Shown here: positions 1-11,076 of the stretch, one piece after another
How positions within the stretch are numbered: the first letter of the stretch is position 1
How the letters are laid out: each line of letters opens with the position of its first letter
Source: an uncultured Pseudomonadales bacterium
Lineage (GTDB): Bacteria; Pseudomonadota; Gammaproteobacteria; Pseudomonadales; JAUIET01
DNA length: 64,000 nt
Direction of reading: 5' to 3'
Assembly (NCBI GenBank): GCA_964352475.1
Contig: CAYGSL010000004.1
Span: forward strand, 73,737-137,736
Notes under the pieces: model-generated
Databases searched by the model: none
The model's input: the letters and a program-made list of their open reading frames with translations, nothing else
What the model was told of the DNA's origin: nothing
Position numbers and translations under genes: made by a program

Positions 1-1367
1 TGAAACAGCGAGATATTCCATCTTGGTTCAAGCGCGTTCAAAAAGTTAAGCAGCGCTCCAGGGCGCTCCGGAAACATCACTCGATACAGTAATTCGTCGG
101 CGGCTGCCGGCGCTGGTGGTCGCCCACCAACCATATAGCGTATGTGCGATTTGGCCATTTCGTCATCGCTTAGATCAACCACCGGGTAGTGTTTGTCACG
201 CAACTGTTGCAGCAACCGCCGGCGGTCATCGCCTCCCGGGGCAAGCTTGATACCAACAAATATATGCGCGTCGCTCTCTGCGCTGAAGCGGTAATTAAAT
301 TCGGTGATGTTGCGTTTACCAATCGCTTTGCAAAAAGCACGGAAACTGCCAGCCTTCTCTGGAATGGTAACCGCCAGTACCGCTTCGGCCTGTTCTCCCA
401 CATCGGTACGCTCAGAAATATAACGTAAGCGGTCAAAATTGGTGTTCGCGCCGCTGTTGATTGCGACCAGGGTTTGCCCACGACAATCCTTGTCATGCAC
501 GTATTTTTTAAGTCCGGCCAGGGCCAGCGCGCCGGCGGGTTCACAGATAGTACGGGTTTCTTCGAAAATGTCCTTTATTGCAGCGCACATTTCATCGGTG
601 CTGACAGTAACCACCTGATCGACAATGTTCTTTACCACGCGATACGGCTCTTTGCCAATTTGGGCAACTGCCACACCATCGGCAAAAATCCCTACTTGTG
701 GCAATTTAACCCGGCGCCCTTTTTGCAAAGCTGCGTTCAAACACGCGGCATCTTCTGGCTCAACGCCAATCACTTGCACATCAGGCCTGAGCATTTTTAC
801 ATAGGCAGCTACACCGGCTAGCAGGCCACCGCCACCGACCGGAACAAATATGGCATCAAGTTCGCTGCTCACCTGGCGAAGAATTTCCATGCCAACAGTG
901 CCCTGACCAGCGATAACATCGGCGTCGTCATAGGCGTGCACATAACGCAGACCTTTCTTCTTGACCAGGCCTTGCGCGTACGCAAAGGCCTCGTCGTAGG
1001 TGTCGCCGTGCAGTACCACTTTGCCCTGCAGAGTACGAACCGATTCCACTTTGATAGCCGGCGTTGTTTGCGGCATAACAATAGTGGCCTTGATGCCCAG
1101 TTTTTTCGCCGCAAGCGCCACACCCTGAGCATGATTGCCGGCCGACGCGGTAATCACGCCGCGCGCTCGACTGGCCGGGTCCAGGTTAACCATGCAGTTA
1201 TAGGCACCGCGCAGCTTGAACGAAAACACCGGTTGCAGATCTTCCCGCTTTAGCAGCACTTGATTACCCAATTTGGCCGACAGCTTGGGCGCAAATTGAG
1301 TAGGCGTTTGGCTTGCTACGTCGTACACCGGTGCCTGCAGTATTTTCTTCAGGTAGTTGTTTAGCAT
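1..1367 (-). CDS. ilvA: Biosynthetic threonine ammonia-lyase (threonine dehydratase). The N-terminal ~455 aa are present and the C-terminal end runs off the left edge of the window.
   Basis: Absent from the ORF track because there is no stop inside the window. Reverse translation from the ATG at 1367-1365 reads MLNNYLKKILQAPVYDVASQTPTQFAPKLSAKLGNQVLLKREDLQPVFSFKLRGAYN..., which includes the PLP-lysine motif SFKLRGA. It stays open to position 3 (...LEPRWNISLFH), typical of the IlvA regulatory domain. Confidence 0.9.
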   Translation of the reverse strand, partial: MLNNYLKKILQAPVYDVASQTPTQFAPKLSAKLGNQVLLKREDLQPVFSFKLRGAYNCMVNLDPASRARGVITASAGNHAQGVALAAKKLGIKATIVMPQTTPAIKVESVRTLQGKVVLHGDTYDEAFAYAQGLVKKKGLRYVHAYDDADVIAGQGTVGMEILRQVSSELDAIFVPVGGGGLLAGVAAYVKMLRPDVQVIGVEPEDAACLNAALQKGRRVKLPQVGIFADGVAVAQIGKEPYRVVKNIVDQVVTVSTDEMCAAIKDIFEETRTICEPAGALALAGLKKYVHDKDCRGQTLVAINSGANTNFDRLRYISERTDVGEQAEAVLAVTIPEKAGSFRAFCKAIGKRNITEFNYRFSAESDAHIFVGIKLAPGGDDRRRLLQQLRDKHYPVVDLSDDEMAKSHIRYMVGGRPPAPAAADELLYRVMFPERPGALLNFLNALEPRWNISLF

Positions 1368-1480
1368 TCCATTCACGGCTCTAAAACAGGATGGCGCATC
1401 TTAAAGTCTTCGTTGGCCTTGTACCAGTGTGCACGCTCCCCTATATTAGGCGCCGCACGCTCATTGACTGTTGGTAACCC

Positions 1481-2152
1481 ATGGACCAAAACGCATTGAA
1501 ACAACTGGCGGCCAGCGCGGCCATCGACTACATCAAGCCCAAATTGGACAACAAAAGCATCGTTGGTGTTGGCACTGGCTCGACCACAAATCTGTTTATT
1601 GATCAATTGGCCGAGATTAAAGGCTGTTTTGCCTCGGCAGTATCAAGCTCAGACGCAAGCACCGAACGTCTCCGTGCTCACGGTATAGACGTTCTCGATC
1701 TCAATTCCGCGGGCCACATCGCAGTATATGTTGATGGCGCTGATGAGAGTAATCAGCACTTACAGCTAATAAAAGGCGGTGGTGCTGCTCTAACCCGGGA
1801 AAAAATTGTTGCCGCTGTTGCTGACGAGTTTGTCTGCATCGTGGACGACAGCAAAATGGTAGACCTGCTGGGCACGTTTCCATTGCCGGTTGAGGTCATT
1901 CCAATGGCCCGAAGTCATGTGGCGCGTGAGTTGGTCAAGCTGGGCGGTGACCCTGTCTATAGGGAGGGTGTGATTACCGACAACGGTAACGAGATTATCG
2001 ACGTGCATAATCTGGAAATACTCAACCCACCGGAACTGGAAGGAAATATCAATCAAATAACCGGTGTGGTCACCAATGGCTTGTTTGCCAAGCGAGGGGC
2101 CGACGTTCTTATTCTGGGTTCACAAAGCGGTGTGAAAACGCTGAAACGCTGA
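1481..2152 (+). CDS. rpiA: Ribose-5-phosphate isomerase A
   Basis: 223 aa with RpiA motifs GVGTGST, YVDGADE and [11 protein letters not shown]. Divergent from ilvA, as in Pseudomonas. Confidence 0.95.
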   Translation: MDQNALKQLAASAAIDYIKPKLDNKSIVGVGTGSTTNLFIDQLAEIKGCFASAVSSSDASTERLRAHGIDVLDLNSAGHIAVYVDGADESNQHLQLIKGGGAALTREKIVAAVADEFVCIVDDSKMVDLLGTFPLPVEVIPMARSHVARELVKLGGDPVYREGVITDNGNEIIDVHNLEILNPPELEGNINQITGVVTNGLFAKRGADVLILGSQSGVKTLKR

Positions 2153-2175
2153 AACGCCGAAGACCTTCAAGGCCA

Positions 2176-2430
2176 TCAGCCCGGATAAAAACGGCCGTGC
2201 ACGGAATAGTAGTAGCGACACTCCTGGTACTCTGCAAAAGAGTGCTTCTTTAAATCATTGCAGGTATAACCCGGCTTCCAATTGGCATTGTCAGGTTTTG
2301 GTGGAATACCGGCCGCCCTCTGCTGGCTTATGTACGCTTGCACTTTCTGCTCTTCATTGGATTCTGGTTCAGCTGCAACAACAAGCGGCTCAGCCAGCAA
2401 CAGCAACAAGGCAAGCGGTACGCGAATCAT
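2176..2430 (-). CDS. Small secreted hypothetical protein (84 aa)
   Basis: The N-terminus MIRVPLALLLLLAEPLVVAA looks like a signal peptide. The mature part is ~60 aa with two Cys. The start overlaps the stop of the upstream hydrolase gene by 4 nt. No family recognised. Confidence 0.45.
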   Translation of the reverse strand: MIRVPLALLLLLAEPLVVAAEPESNEEQKVQAYISQQRAAGIPPKPDNANWKPGYTCNDLKKHSFAEYQECRYYYSVHGRFYPG

Positions 2431-3398
2431 GCGCTCGCTCGCCTATCAGCGGCTTGAATATACTCATCCACCAGTGCAAACATTTGTTCTCTGAGCTCAA
2501 TACTCTCATTGGCAAGATGGTGCTTGCCATCGTGCAGCATCCTGACTTTTACCGCAGGAAACTTGACGCGAATTTTCTTTAGATTGTACTTCCAGTCTAC
2601 CGTTTTATCTTGCTCACCCTGCACGACCAACGGTGCCAGTTGCGATGATGGTGACGAGAGGAAGTGCGCAATCCACACCCTCATCGCCAGCAGCCACTGC
2701 ATCGGCAGGCCACGGTATTGCAAAGGGTCAGACTCACGCAGAAACGCCAGAAATTCGGGGTCGTGCGAATTATTGCTAAAACGTCTAGGCATACTATCAA
2801 GCAGGTGGCGATTTACGCTGAACACAAAGCGCATCACTGACCATTTGGCTGGACGAACCAGGGGTGCTAACAATACTACGTGCTCAGGCTTGGCAATCAA
2901 AGGCTCAAATTTTTTGTCCAGCAAATATTGCATGATTACTGCTCCTCCGGTGCTCTGCCCAAAAAACAAGCTGGGCTGCGGCATCACACCCGCACTCTGT
3001 TTTACACAATCATCTAACGCTGAAATATAGTCCGAAAAAGCGCCGATGCTGGCCCTGGGCCCTGAACTCAAACCATGCCCGGGCAAATCAAACACGATAA
3101 CATTCACATTTCGCTCAAGCAGGAACCTGATCACATGTTTGTATAAACCTGCGTGATCAAAGTAACCGTGCACAACATACGCCGTGGAATGCGCGGCTGT
3201 ACGCTGAAAGCTATGGCACGCTAGATCGAAGTCACCAGATTTGAAGCTACCAAAACGGTGTGTTAGATCAGCAAAGCTATCGGCAAAATCAATGCCATAG
3301 AACTGAAAATAGGCGCGTATCGCATCTCCATGCGTAGGCTGTGCAGCAAAGTCCATTGCCTGTAGCTGGCGTTTCACCTGATCCAGATCCATTGACAA
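2427..3398 (-). CDS. Alpha/beta-fold hydrolase (lysophospholipase / monoacylglycerol-lipase-like)
   Basis: 323 aa with a DLPGHGLSSG loop, the nucleophile elbow GQSTGG (GxSxG) and a late His (DGKHHL). Substrate unknown. Confidence 0.7.
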   Translation of the reverse strand: MSMDLDQVKRQLQAMDFAAQPTHGDAIRAYFQFYGIDFADSFADLTHRFGSFKSGDFDLACHSFQRTAAHSTAYVVHGYFDHAGLYKHVIRFLLERNVNVIVFDLPGHGLSSGPRASIGAFSDYISALDDCVKQSAGVMPQPSLFFGQSTGGAVIMQYLLDKKFEPLIAKPEHVVLLAPLVRPAKWSVMRFVFSVNRHLLDSMPRRFSNNSHDPEFLAFLRESDPLQYRGLPMQWLLAMRVWIAHFLSSPSSQLAPLVVQGEQDKTVDWKYNLKKIRVKFPAVKVRMLHDGKHHLANESIELREQMFALVDEYIQAADRRASA

Positions 3399-3454
3399 TT
3401 ATTCTAGATCCAAACCGCTGCGATCTTGATAAACTGTTGTAAATTGATCGCTTA

Positions 3455-4348
3455 TCAGGTCGCTGACGCCTGGTAGATGCTGTTGATCGCATTACTCAGC
3501 GCAGAATGAAACTCTTCGTCTGATTGCTGGGCTGATAAACCTTCTGTTAAAGCACGCGAGAAGCTGGCGATCATGCCTGTGTTTTGGCTGAGTTTTTCAT
3601 TGGCCAATTCGCGCTGGTAGCCACCAGACAAAGCAACCACTTTAAGCACCTTATCGTGATTAACACAGTCTGCATAAAAATTTGCCTGCTCAGGCAAGGT
3701 AAGCTTCAACATCACTTTCTGAGAATCATCAAGCGAATCCAGCTGCGACATTATCTGCTCTTTCAACAGCGCTTCGCATTCAGCCTTGTCGGGGCTATTA
3801 ATGTCTACTTCGGGCTCTATTATGGGTACCAGGCCTTTTGCCATAATTTGCCGGCCAATGGTAAATTGCTGATCAACAACCGCTTTGACGCCCTCGGCAT
3901 TGGCTGATTTGATCACCGAGCGCATCTTGGTACCAAACACATCTTTTGCCGCTGCTTTGTCCAACAGTTCATCCAGGCCGGGAATATCTTTCATTACCTG
4001 AACGCCGTTGGTTTCATCCGCCAGACCTTTGTCCACTTTCAGAAACGGTACCACACGCTTTTCAAACCAAAGGTATTGACTGCTGGGTTTGCCTTCCACC
4101 TCACGGTCCAGCGTATTTTCAAACAGTATCGCGCCAAGCACCTGGGAACCTTCAAACGCCTGATCGGTCATGATTCGCGTTCGCATGGCATGCACCATGT
4201 CGTACATTTCCTGTTCGCAGCTATAGCAATCTTCATCAACACCATACAGCTTGAGTGCCTTGGGCGTACTGCCACCGCTCTGGTCCAGTGCGGCAATAAA
4301 ACCTGTGGTATCCGCAATTTTTTGAAGTTGTTCAGCAAATGTAGACAT
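3455..4348 (-). CDS. fda: Fructose-bisphosphate aldolase, class I (short ~296-aa bacterial Fda type)
   Basis: 297 aa. The N-terminal [22 protein letters not shown], then FLKVDKGL and IIEPEV, match my memory of the Staphylococcus-type class I aldolase. Last glycolytic gene of the tkt-epd-pgk cluster. Confidence 0.8.
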   Translation of the reverse strand: MSTFAEQLQKIADTTGFIAALDQSGGSTPKALKLYGVDEDCYSCEQEMYDMVHAMRTRIMTDQAFEGSQVLGAILFENTLDREVEGKPSSQYLWFEKRVVPFLKVDKGLADETNGVQVMKDIPGLDELLDKAAAKDVFGTKMRSVIKSANAEGVKAVVDQQFTIGRQIMAKGLVPIIEPEVDINSPDKAECEALLKEQIMSQLDSLDDSQKVMLKLTLPEQANFYADCVNHDKVLKVVALSGGYQRELANEKLSQNTGMIASFSRALTEGLSAQQSDEEFHSALSNAINSIYQASAT

Positions 4349-4401
4349 AGTTGATTCCGTTACTCAGTATTCAAATATTAAAAGATTGTTGGCTGTCGAT
4401 G

Positions 4402-5574
4402 CTACGACTCAGCGCGACTTTTTAGCATAGCAACTGCGGGCAGCTCTTTGCCCTCAACAAACTCAAGAAAGGCACCGCCTCCCGTCGATATATACGAAAC
4501 ACTATCCGCAATATCGTATTTATCAACCGCCGCCAGCGTATCTCCGCCCCCGGCGATTGAGAAACCGTCGGATTCGGCGATCGCTTCGGCGATCACGCGA
4601 GTGCCCTCACCAAATTGGTCAAATTCAAACACACCAACCGGTCCATTCCAGATAATTGTTTTTGCCTGCCTGATGATACCGGCAAGCTCAGCCGCTGTGT
4701 CAGGTCCAATGTCAAAAATCATATCATCTTCAGCAACATCACTCGTTTGTTTCAATTCCGCATGCGCTGATTCAGAAAACTCCTTGGCAACCACCACATC
4801 CGTAGGCAAAGGGATTTGTGTTTTGCCCATCAGCGTTTTTGCCTGGCCTTCCAACTCGGCTTCCGACAGAGACTTGCCTATCGGTTGGCCAGAGGCAGCC
4901 AAAAACGTATTGGCAATTCCGCCGCCCACAATTAACTGATCCACTTTGTCTGACAAAGTTTCCAAAACCGTCAATTTGGTAGACACCTTGCTGCCACCCA
5001 CTATAGCGAGCATTGGTCTTGCAGGATTATCCAACGCTTTTGTGAGCGCATCCAGTTCACCGGCCAGTAATGGGCCTGCACAGGCAACAGGCGCATGCTT
5101 TGCAACTCCATGCGTAGAGGCTTGCGCACGGTGCGCCGTACCGAAGGCATCCATCACAAACACATCGCACAGCGCTGCCATTTTTTTAGACAAGTCATCG
5201 TCGTCTTTCTTTTCGCCGGCATTGAATCGAACATTTTCCAGTAACACTAACTGCCCGTCGGCCACATCTACACCACCTAGCCAGTCTTTGATCAGTGGTA
5301 CGTCGCGGCCTAGCAACTCGCTTAATCGCTCAGCCACTGGCTGCAGGGTAAACGCCGCATTGTCCGCTTCACTGCCACCTTCAACCGGTCTGCCAAGATG
5401 CGACATCACCATCACTTTTGCACCTTGTTGCAGTGCCTTGGTCAAGGTTGGCAGTGACGCTTTAATTCGCGCATCGCTGCTTACCTTTCCTTCACTCACT
5501 GGAACGTTCAGGTCTTGACGAATTAGAACTCGCTTACCAGCCAGCTCTAGGTCTTTCATTTGCACTATGGCCAT
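4402..5574 (-). CDS. pgk: Phosphoglycerate kinase
   Basis: 390 aa with RQDLNVP near the N-terminus and the C-terminal [10 protein letters not shown] motif. Confidence 0.95.
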   Translation of the reverse strand: MAIVQMKDLELAGKRVLIRQDLNVPVSEGKVSSDARIKASLPTLTKALQQGAKVMVMSHLGRPVEGGSEADNAAFTLQPVAERLSELLGRDVPLIKDWLGGVDVADGQLVLLENVRFNAGEKKDDDDLSKKMAALCDVFVMDAFGTAHRAQASTHGVAKHAPVACAGPLLAGELDALTKALDNPARPMLAIVGGSKVSTKLTVLETLSDKVDQLIVGGGIANTFLAASGQPIGKSLSEAELEGQAKTLMGKTQIPLPTDVVVAKEFSESAHAELKQTSDVAEDDMIFDIGPDTAAELAGIIRQAKTIIWNGPVGVFEFDQFGEGTRVIAEAIAESDGFSIAGGGDTLAAVDKYDIADSVSYISTGGGAFLEFVEGKELPAVAMLKSRAES

Positions 5575-5620
5575 TTTTTCCTCACAGTTTGCTGCTTATA
5601 GTGTAGCAGCGCGCATTAGT

Positions 5621-6640
5621 TCAGCCACATTCGACGCTGAGCATTTGGTCAGCAACTTCCAACATGCGATTGGCAAAACCCCATTCATTATCAAACCAGG
5701 TAAGCACATTTAACAAGCGGCCGTTGCTCACACTGGTGTGGGCAATATCGACAATTCCGGAATGTCGGTCATGATTGAAATCGCAGCTGGCCAGAGGTTC
5801 TGTTGCACAATCCAACACTCCTTTTAATTGTCTAGCGCAGGCTTGTCTAAACAAGGCGTTCACCTGCTCGGCGTTCACCTCTCTTTCCAAATACACCACC
5901 AGGTCCATGGCTGATACATTAGCCGTCGGTACACGAATCGCCTTCGCTGATAAGCGGTCTTCAAGATCTGGCAGTAGCCTGCCGATGCCCCGCACCAACT
6001 CGGTGTCTACGGGAATCATGGACTGGCTAGCGCTTCGGGTTTTACGTAAGTCCGTATGGTGGTATGCGTCCAACACTGGCTGGTCATTCATCATTGAATG
6101 CAAGGTAGTGATATTGCCAGATGCTATGCCAAACGCCTCATGCAACAACTGCAATACAGGGACTATGCAGTTTGTGGTACACGAGGCATTGGATACTATC
6201 CGATGATCCGCTGTTAACTGCGGGTGATTAACACCGCGCACAATCGTGCAATCCACGTCCGCGCTGGCAGGTTGCGAAAACAACACTCGACCAGCACCCG
6301 CAGCCAAATGCTGAAGACCAGCGGCCCTGTCACCATGCACACCTGTGCATTCGAGCACCAGATCAATCGATTCGCTTTGCCAGGGCAAATCCCGAATCTG
6401 CTCGTAATGCGAGACAGTGATGGCCTTGCCATTAACCAGCAACTTGTTGCCTTGTAATTCGACTGAGCCGGGAAAACGTCCGTGCGTAGAATCGTAGCGA
6501 CTCAAATACGCAATGGTCTCAATGTCGGCTAACTCATTGATGGCTACCAGCTGTAAATCGAAGTCGGTGCTACGTTCCTGCAGGGCACGAAAAACGCAAC
6601 GACCAATTCGACCGAAGCCATTGATGGCAAGGCGTTTCAT
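5621..6640 (-). CDS. epd: Erythrose-4-phosphate / glyceraldehyde-3-phosphate dehydrogenase family enzyme (Epd-like)
   Basis: 339 aa with the NGFGRIGR Rossmann start and the catalytic SNASCTTNC. Its position between tkt and pgk is that of epd in E. coli and Pseudomonas. Epd versus GapA specificity cannot be decided from sequence reading. Confidence 0.75.
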   Translation of the reverse strand: MKRLAINGFGRIGRCVFRALQERSTDFDLQLVAINELADIETIAYLSRYDSTHGRFPGSVELQGNKLLVNGKAITVSHYEQIRDLPWQSESIDLVLECTGVHGDRAAGLQHLAAGAGRVLFSQPASADVDCTIVRGVNHPQLTADHRIVSNASCTTNCIVPVLQLLHEAFGIASGNITTLHSMMNDQPVLDAYHHTDLRKTRSASQSMIPVDTELVRGIGRLLPDLEDRLSAKAIRVPTANVSAMDLVVYLEREVNAEQVNALFRQACARQLKGVLDCATEPLASCDFNHDRHSGIVDIAHTSVSNGRLLNVLTWFDNEWGFANRMLEVADQMLSVECG

Positions 6641-6658
6641 TGGAGTTGGGCAAACGCA

Positions 6659-8644
6659 TTACAGCAATTGCTGTACAGCGCTCATCACATTTTCGCTGGT
6701 AAAGCCAAACTCTTTCATCAGTTCACCGCCCGGTGCCGACTCGCCGAAGCGATCGATGCTGATCACGCTGCCGTCAAGGCCGACGAATTTACGCCAGTAA
6801 TCGCCGTGCCCTGCTTCCACTGCAACACGCTTGCGAACGCTGTTTGGCAATACAGATTCGCGGTAGCTTTCGTCTTGTTGCTCAAATAATTCCGCACACG
6901 GCATGGAAACCACGCGAACTTTGTCACCAAGCTGTTGTGCTGCTTCCACCGCGATTTCTACTTCGGAGCCGGTTGCGATGATAATCGCTTCGGGCTCGCC
7001 TGTGCAGTCGCGTAAAACATAGCCGCCCCTGTCGATTGCGACTAACTGCTCATCATTACGAGCCTGGTGGGCTAATGTTTGGCGTGAGAACACCAATGCT
7101 GCCGGCCCATCCTGACGCAATAGCGCGGATCGCCAGGCGGCCATTGATTCAACGGCGTCACAAGGGCGCCAGGTGTGTAGATTAGGTGTGCAACGCAGAG
7201 CCGTGAGCTGTTCTACCGGTTGATGGGTTGGACCATCTTCGCCCAATCCAATCGAGTCATGCGTGAATACGAAAATACTCTGCTGTTTCATCAGCGCAGC
7301 CATGCGCACCGCATTTCTTGCGTATTCCATAAACATCAGGAAGGTCGCACCGTAATTGATAAAGCCGCCGTGCAGGGCAATGCCGTTCATGATCGCAGCC
7401 ATGCCGAACTCACGCACACCGTAATACAGGTAGTTACCCTGGGCGTCTTCAGCACTTATCGGGCTGGACAAATCCCATAGCGTTAAATTGGAACCCGCCA
7501 AGTCTGCAGACCCGCCCAGTATTTCTGGCAGCATGGGGCCAAACGCATTGAGGGCTTTTTGAGAAGCTTTACGGCTGGCAATATTTTCACCGGCACTCTG
7601 CGCGGCAACCACGCAGGCAGCGGACCGCTTGGCAAAATCGCTGGGTAATTCACCGCTAGTACGGCGCAAGTACTCAGCTGCAAGCTCCGGGTACTCCGCC
7701 TTATAATCCGCAAACAACTGATTCCAGGTCTGCTCACTGGCCCCACCAGAGTCGGCGGCGTTCCAGCCTGCATAGATATCTTCTGGAACGTGGAATGGTT
7801 CATGCTGCCAGCCGATGGTCTCACGGACCGCTGCAATTTCATCAGAGCCAAGCGGTGAACCGTGCGTAGAGGCAGTGCCTTGTTTGTTCGGCGAGCCTTT
7901 ACCAATCACGGTTTTGCAGCAAATCAGGCTGGGTTTACTGGTCTCAGCCTGCGCATTCTCAATGGCGGCCTTGACGGCTTCTGGATCGTGGCCATCAACA
8001 TCTGGCACAACATGCCAACCATACGCTTCAAAACGCATTGGCGTATTGTCGGTAAACCAGCCTTCTACCTCGCCATCAATAGAGATGTTGTTATCGTCGT
8101 ACAGCGCTATCAGTTTGCCCAAACCTTGAGTGCCGGCCAGAGATGACGCCTCGTGAGAGACACCTTCCATTAGGCAGCCATCGCCCAGGAACACATAAGT
8201 GTGGTGATCCACAATCTTCAATGCACCCCGGTTGAATTGGGCCGCCAGCACTTTTTCGGCCAGCGCCATACCAACCGCATTTGCCAGACCCTGACCCAAT
8301 GGCCCGGTAGTGGTCTCAACACCGGGTGCGTAGCCATATTCAGGGTGGCCCGGAGTTTTGGAACCCAGCTGGCGGAAATTGCGAATTTCATCAATTGGCA
8401 ACTCGTAGCCACTGAGATGCAGCAGCGAATACAGCAACATCGAACCGTGACCATTCGACAACACAAATCGATCGCGGTTTGACCAGTTCGGGTTGGCAGG
8501 ATTGTGCTTCAGAAAGTCATTCCACAGCACTTCCGCGATATCAGCCATACCCATAGGAGCACCGGGATGACCGGAATTGGCCTGCTGAACAGCGTCCATA
8601 CTGAGGGCGCGAATGGCATTAGCTAAATCTGTGCGGGTGGGCAT
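6659..8644 (-). CDS. tkt: Transketolase
   Basis: 661 aa with [11 protein letters not shown], the GDGCLMEG ThDP-binding motif and a conserved C-terminal domain. Confidence 0.95.
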   Translation of the reverse strand: MPTRTDLANAIRALSMDAVQQANSGHPGAPMGMADIAEVLWNDFLKHNPANPNWSNRDRFVLSNGHGSMLLYSLLHLSGYELPIDEIRNFRQLGSKTPGHPEYGYAPGVETTTGPLGQGLANAVGMALAEKVLAAQFNRGALKIVDHHTYVFLGDGCLMEGVSHEASSLAGTQGLGKLIALYDDNNISIDGEVEGWFTDNTPMRFEAYGWHVVPDVDGHDPEAVKAAIENAQAETSKPSLICCKTVIGKGSPNKQGTASTHGSPLGSDEIAAVRETIGWQHEPFHVPEDIYAGWNAADSGGASEQTWNQLFADYKAEYPELAAEYLRRTSGELPSDFAKRSAACVVAAQSAGENIASRKASQKALNAFGPMLPEILGGSADLAGSNLTLWDLSSPISAEDAQGNYLYYGVREFGMAAIMNGIALHGGFINYGATFLMFMEYARNAVRMAALMKQQSIFVFTHDSIGLGEDGPTHQPVEQLTALRCTPNLHTWRPCDAVESMAAWRSALLRQDGPAALVFSRQTLAHQARNDEQLVAIDRGGYVLRDCTGEPEAIIIATGSEVEIAVEAAQQLGDKVRVVSMPCAELFEQQDESYRESVLPNSVRKRVAVEAGHGDYWRKFVGLDGSVISIDRFGESAPGGELMKEFGFTSENVMSAVQQLL

Positions 8645-8743
8645 AGGTGGTGGTCTCTGGGGGCAGCTTTGAAGGCGCGCTATTGTCCCTCAGCAGCCCT
8701 CCACGGGCAACCGCTCATCGGATAAGCGATGTAATTACTTGGC

Positions 8744-8769
8744 TCTATATCAATATATTTTGATATAGA
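8744..8769. promoter_or_regulatory. Perfect 10-6-10 inverted repeat TCTATATCAA-TATATT-TTGATATAGA. Candidate SahR (ArsR-family) operator overlapping a putative promoter of the sahR-metK-ahcY-metF operon.
   Basis: Read directly from the DNA: arms at 8744-8753 and 8760-8769 are exact reverse complements. It lies 62 nt upstream of the sahR start. A possible TTGGCT (8739-8744) - N17 - GATATA (8762-8767) promoter overlaps it. Confidence 0.5.
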
Positions 8770-8830
8770 TGGCAGTCGCACGTATACTTCGGTTCGTTTT
8801 CAGATTGAGTAGAGCGTCAAGCCGCTAGAA

Positions 8831-9859
8831 ATGGCCGCCACACACACCCAAAACACGCCATTGCACAACAGTGCTCCGGCCTCAAGTGCCACGCTGGCCG
8901 CTTTTAACAAGGCGGCTGGAGATCAGTTGCGACTGGAAATTTTACGAGTGCTGCACAGAGACAGTTATGGCGTGCTGGAATTGGCCAGTATTTTTGATAT
9001 GCGCCAGTCAGGCATGAGCCATCATCTCAAAGTTCTCGCCAACGCCGGCCTTGTCAGCCGCCGCCGTGAGGGCAACAGCATTTTTTACAGCCGCGCTCAC
9101 CAGGCCCCGGTTGATGCACTCGGAGACTTGCAACAGCACTTATTGCAATTGACCGACGAACTGGTATTGCCAGGTGATATAGCGCAGCGTCTGGTAGAAA
9201 TTAAGGAACAAAGAGCTTCGCATTCGCGATCATTTTTTGAGCAACATGCCGGTGAATTCAGCCGTCATCAGGAGCAGATTTCAGAGTTTTCAGTGTACGC
9301 GGCCCCGGTGGCGCATTTACTGGACTCATTGCCGGAACAACAGCGCCGCAGTGTGTTGGAAATTGGGCCTGGCACGGGGCAATTTCTGGGCGAGTTAACG
9401 CAGCGATTTAACACCGTTTTCGCGCTGGATAATTCGCGCGAAATGCTGGATGCGGCACGTGCGAACAGTCAGCAAAACCCGCAAATAGACAACTCCATCA
9501 TCGAATTCATTCACGGCGATACTTCAATAGCGCGGCAACGTGGACTGCGCGTGGACACTGTGGTTGTGAACATGGTGTTACACCATCTCGCATCACCCGC
9601 TGAGCTGTTGCGCGACATCAATGATCTGTTAAATGACAATGGTCAATTGATCATCGCCGAGCTTTGTGCGCATGACCAGGATTGGGTGCGCGACTCCTGT
9701 GGTGATTTGTGGTTGGGTATCGCGCCTGAATCACTGAGTGATTGGACCAGCCAGCATCAGCTGAACGAGATTGGCAGTGGCCAATACCTGAGCTTGCGCA
9801 ACGGCTTTCAACTGCAAATTCGACAATTTTCTAAAACCATTTCATCAACCCGGCAGTAA
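8831..9859 (+). CDS. sahR: ArsR-family HTH regulator fused to a SAM-dependent-methyltransferase-like domain (SahR-type regulator of the SAM cycle)
   Basis: 342 aa. The N-terminal ArsR wHTH reads LRLEILRVL...ELASIFDMRQSGMSHHLKVLANAGLV. The C-terminal methyltransferase fold reads VLEIGPGTGQF...ALDNS...VNMVLHH. It sits directly upstream of metK-ahcY-metF. Confidence 0.75.
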   Translation: MAATHTQNTPLHNSAPASSATLAAFNKAAGDQLRLEILRVLHRDSYGVLELASIFDMRQSGMSHHLKVLANAGLVSRRREGNSIFYSRAHQAPVDALGDLQQHLLQLTDELVLPGDIAQRLVEIKEQRASHSRSFFEQHAGEFSRHQEQISEFSVYAAPVAHLLDSLPEQQRRSVLEIGPGTGQFLGELTQRFNTVFALDNSREMLDAARANSQQNPQIDNSIIEFIHGDTSIARQRGLRVDTVVVNMVLHHLASPAELLRDINDLLNDNGQLIIAELCAHDQDWVRDSCGDLWLGIAPESLSDWTSQHQLNEIGSGQYLSLRNGFQLQIRQFSKTISSTRQ

Positions 9860-9888
9860 TTTAAACGCCTTAAACAAAAGGACTCCCA

Positions 9889-11046
9889 ATGAGCGAATAT
9901 TCTTTATTTACCTCGGAATCAGTTTCCGAAGGACATCCCGACAAAGTATCCGATCAGGTATCGGACGCCATACTTGATGCCATCATCGCAGAAGACCCTA
10001 ACGCGAGGGTTGCGGTTGAGACGATGGTTAAAACCGGCATGGTTATAGTGGCTGGCGAAGTACGAACCTCTGCGTGGGTAGACATCGAGGAGATTGCCCG
10101 TGGCGTAATTCGCGACATCGGCTACAACAGCTCAGAGATGGGCTTTGACTGGGAATCATGCGCGGTATTGAACGCGATTGGCAAGCAGTCAGCTGACATT
10201 GCAATGGGCGTTGACGAAGGCGAGGAGAAAGATCTCGGCGCTGGCGACCAGGGCTTGATGTTTGGCTACGCCACCAGTGAAACTGATGTATTGATGCCTG
10301 CGCCCATCACGTATGCACACAGACTGGTGGAACAGCAATCCATTATCCGCAAAGCCGGCTCGCACAATTGGTTGCGCCCGGACGCCAAGAGTCAGGTCAC
10401 TTTCCGTTATGGCGCCGATGGCAAGCCAGCAGGTATTGACGCGGTTGTGTTATCAACCCAGCACAGTGCTTCGATCAGCCTTGAAGATCTTCGCGAATCG
10501 GTCATGCAAGACATCATCAAGCCGGTATTGCCGGAAGAGTGGTTAAGTGCCGACACTAAATACTTCATCAATCCAACCGGTAACTTCGTTATTGGTGGTC
10601 CAGTTGGTGACTGTGGTCTGACCGGTCGCAAAATTATCGTAGACACCTACGGTGGCATGGCCAGGCATGGCGGTGGTGCATTTTCAGGCAAAGACCCGTC
10701 AAAGGTTGACCGTTCTGCCGCATATGCCGGTCGTTATGTTGCCAAGAATATTGTAGCTGCCGGCCTGGCTGATCGCTGTGAAATTCAAGTGTCTTACGCT
10801 ATTGGCGTATCTGAACCTACGTCAATCAGCATGAATACCTTTGGCACAGGCAAGCTGAGTGATGACAACATCATTGACCTGGTGCGCGAGCACTTTGACC
10901 TGACACCGGGTGGTCTTATCAAGATGCTTGACCTTAAGCGTCCGATCTATCAAAAGACCGCTGCCTATGGCCACTTCGGCAGAACCGAAGACAGCTTCAC
11001 CTGGGAGAAGACTGACAAAGCAGATGCCCTTAAAGCCGCACTCTAA
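9889..11046 (+). CDS. metK: S-adenosylmethionine synthetase
   Basis: 385 aa with [23 protein letters not shown] and GGGAFSGKD. Confidence 0.97.
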   Translation: MSEYSLFTSESVSEGHPDKVSDQVSDAILDAIIAEDPNARVAVETMVKTGMVIVAGEVRTSAWVDIEEIARGVIRDIGYNSSEMGFDWESCAVLNAIGKQSADIAMGVDEGEEKDLGAGDQGLMFGYATSETDVLMPAPITYAHRLVEQQSIIRKAGSHNWLRPDAKSQVTFRYGADGKPAGIDAVVLSTQHSASISLEDLRESVMQDIIKPVLPEEWLSADTKYFINPTGNFVIGGPVGDCGLTGRKIIVDTYGGMARHGGGAFSGKDPSKVDRSAAYAGRYVAKNIVAAGLADRCEIQVSYAIGVSEPTSISMNTFGTGKLSDDNIIDLVREHFDLTPGGLIKMLDLKRPIYQKTAAYGHFGRTEDSFTWEKTDKADALKAAL

Positions 11047-11076
11047 TACTTACTTATTAACCTACTGGAATAGACA

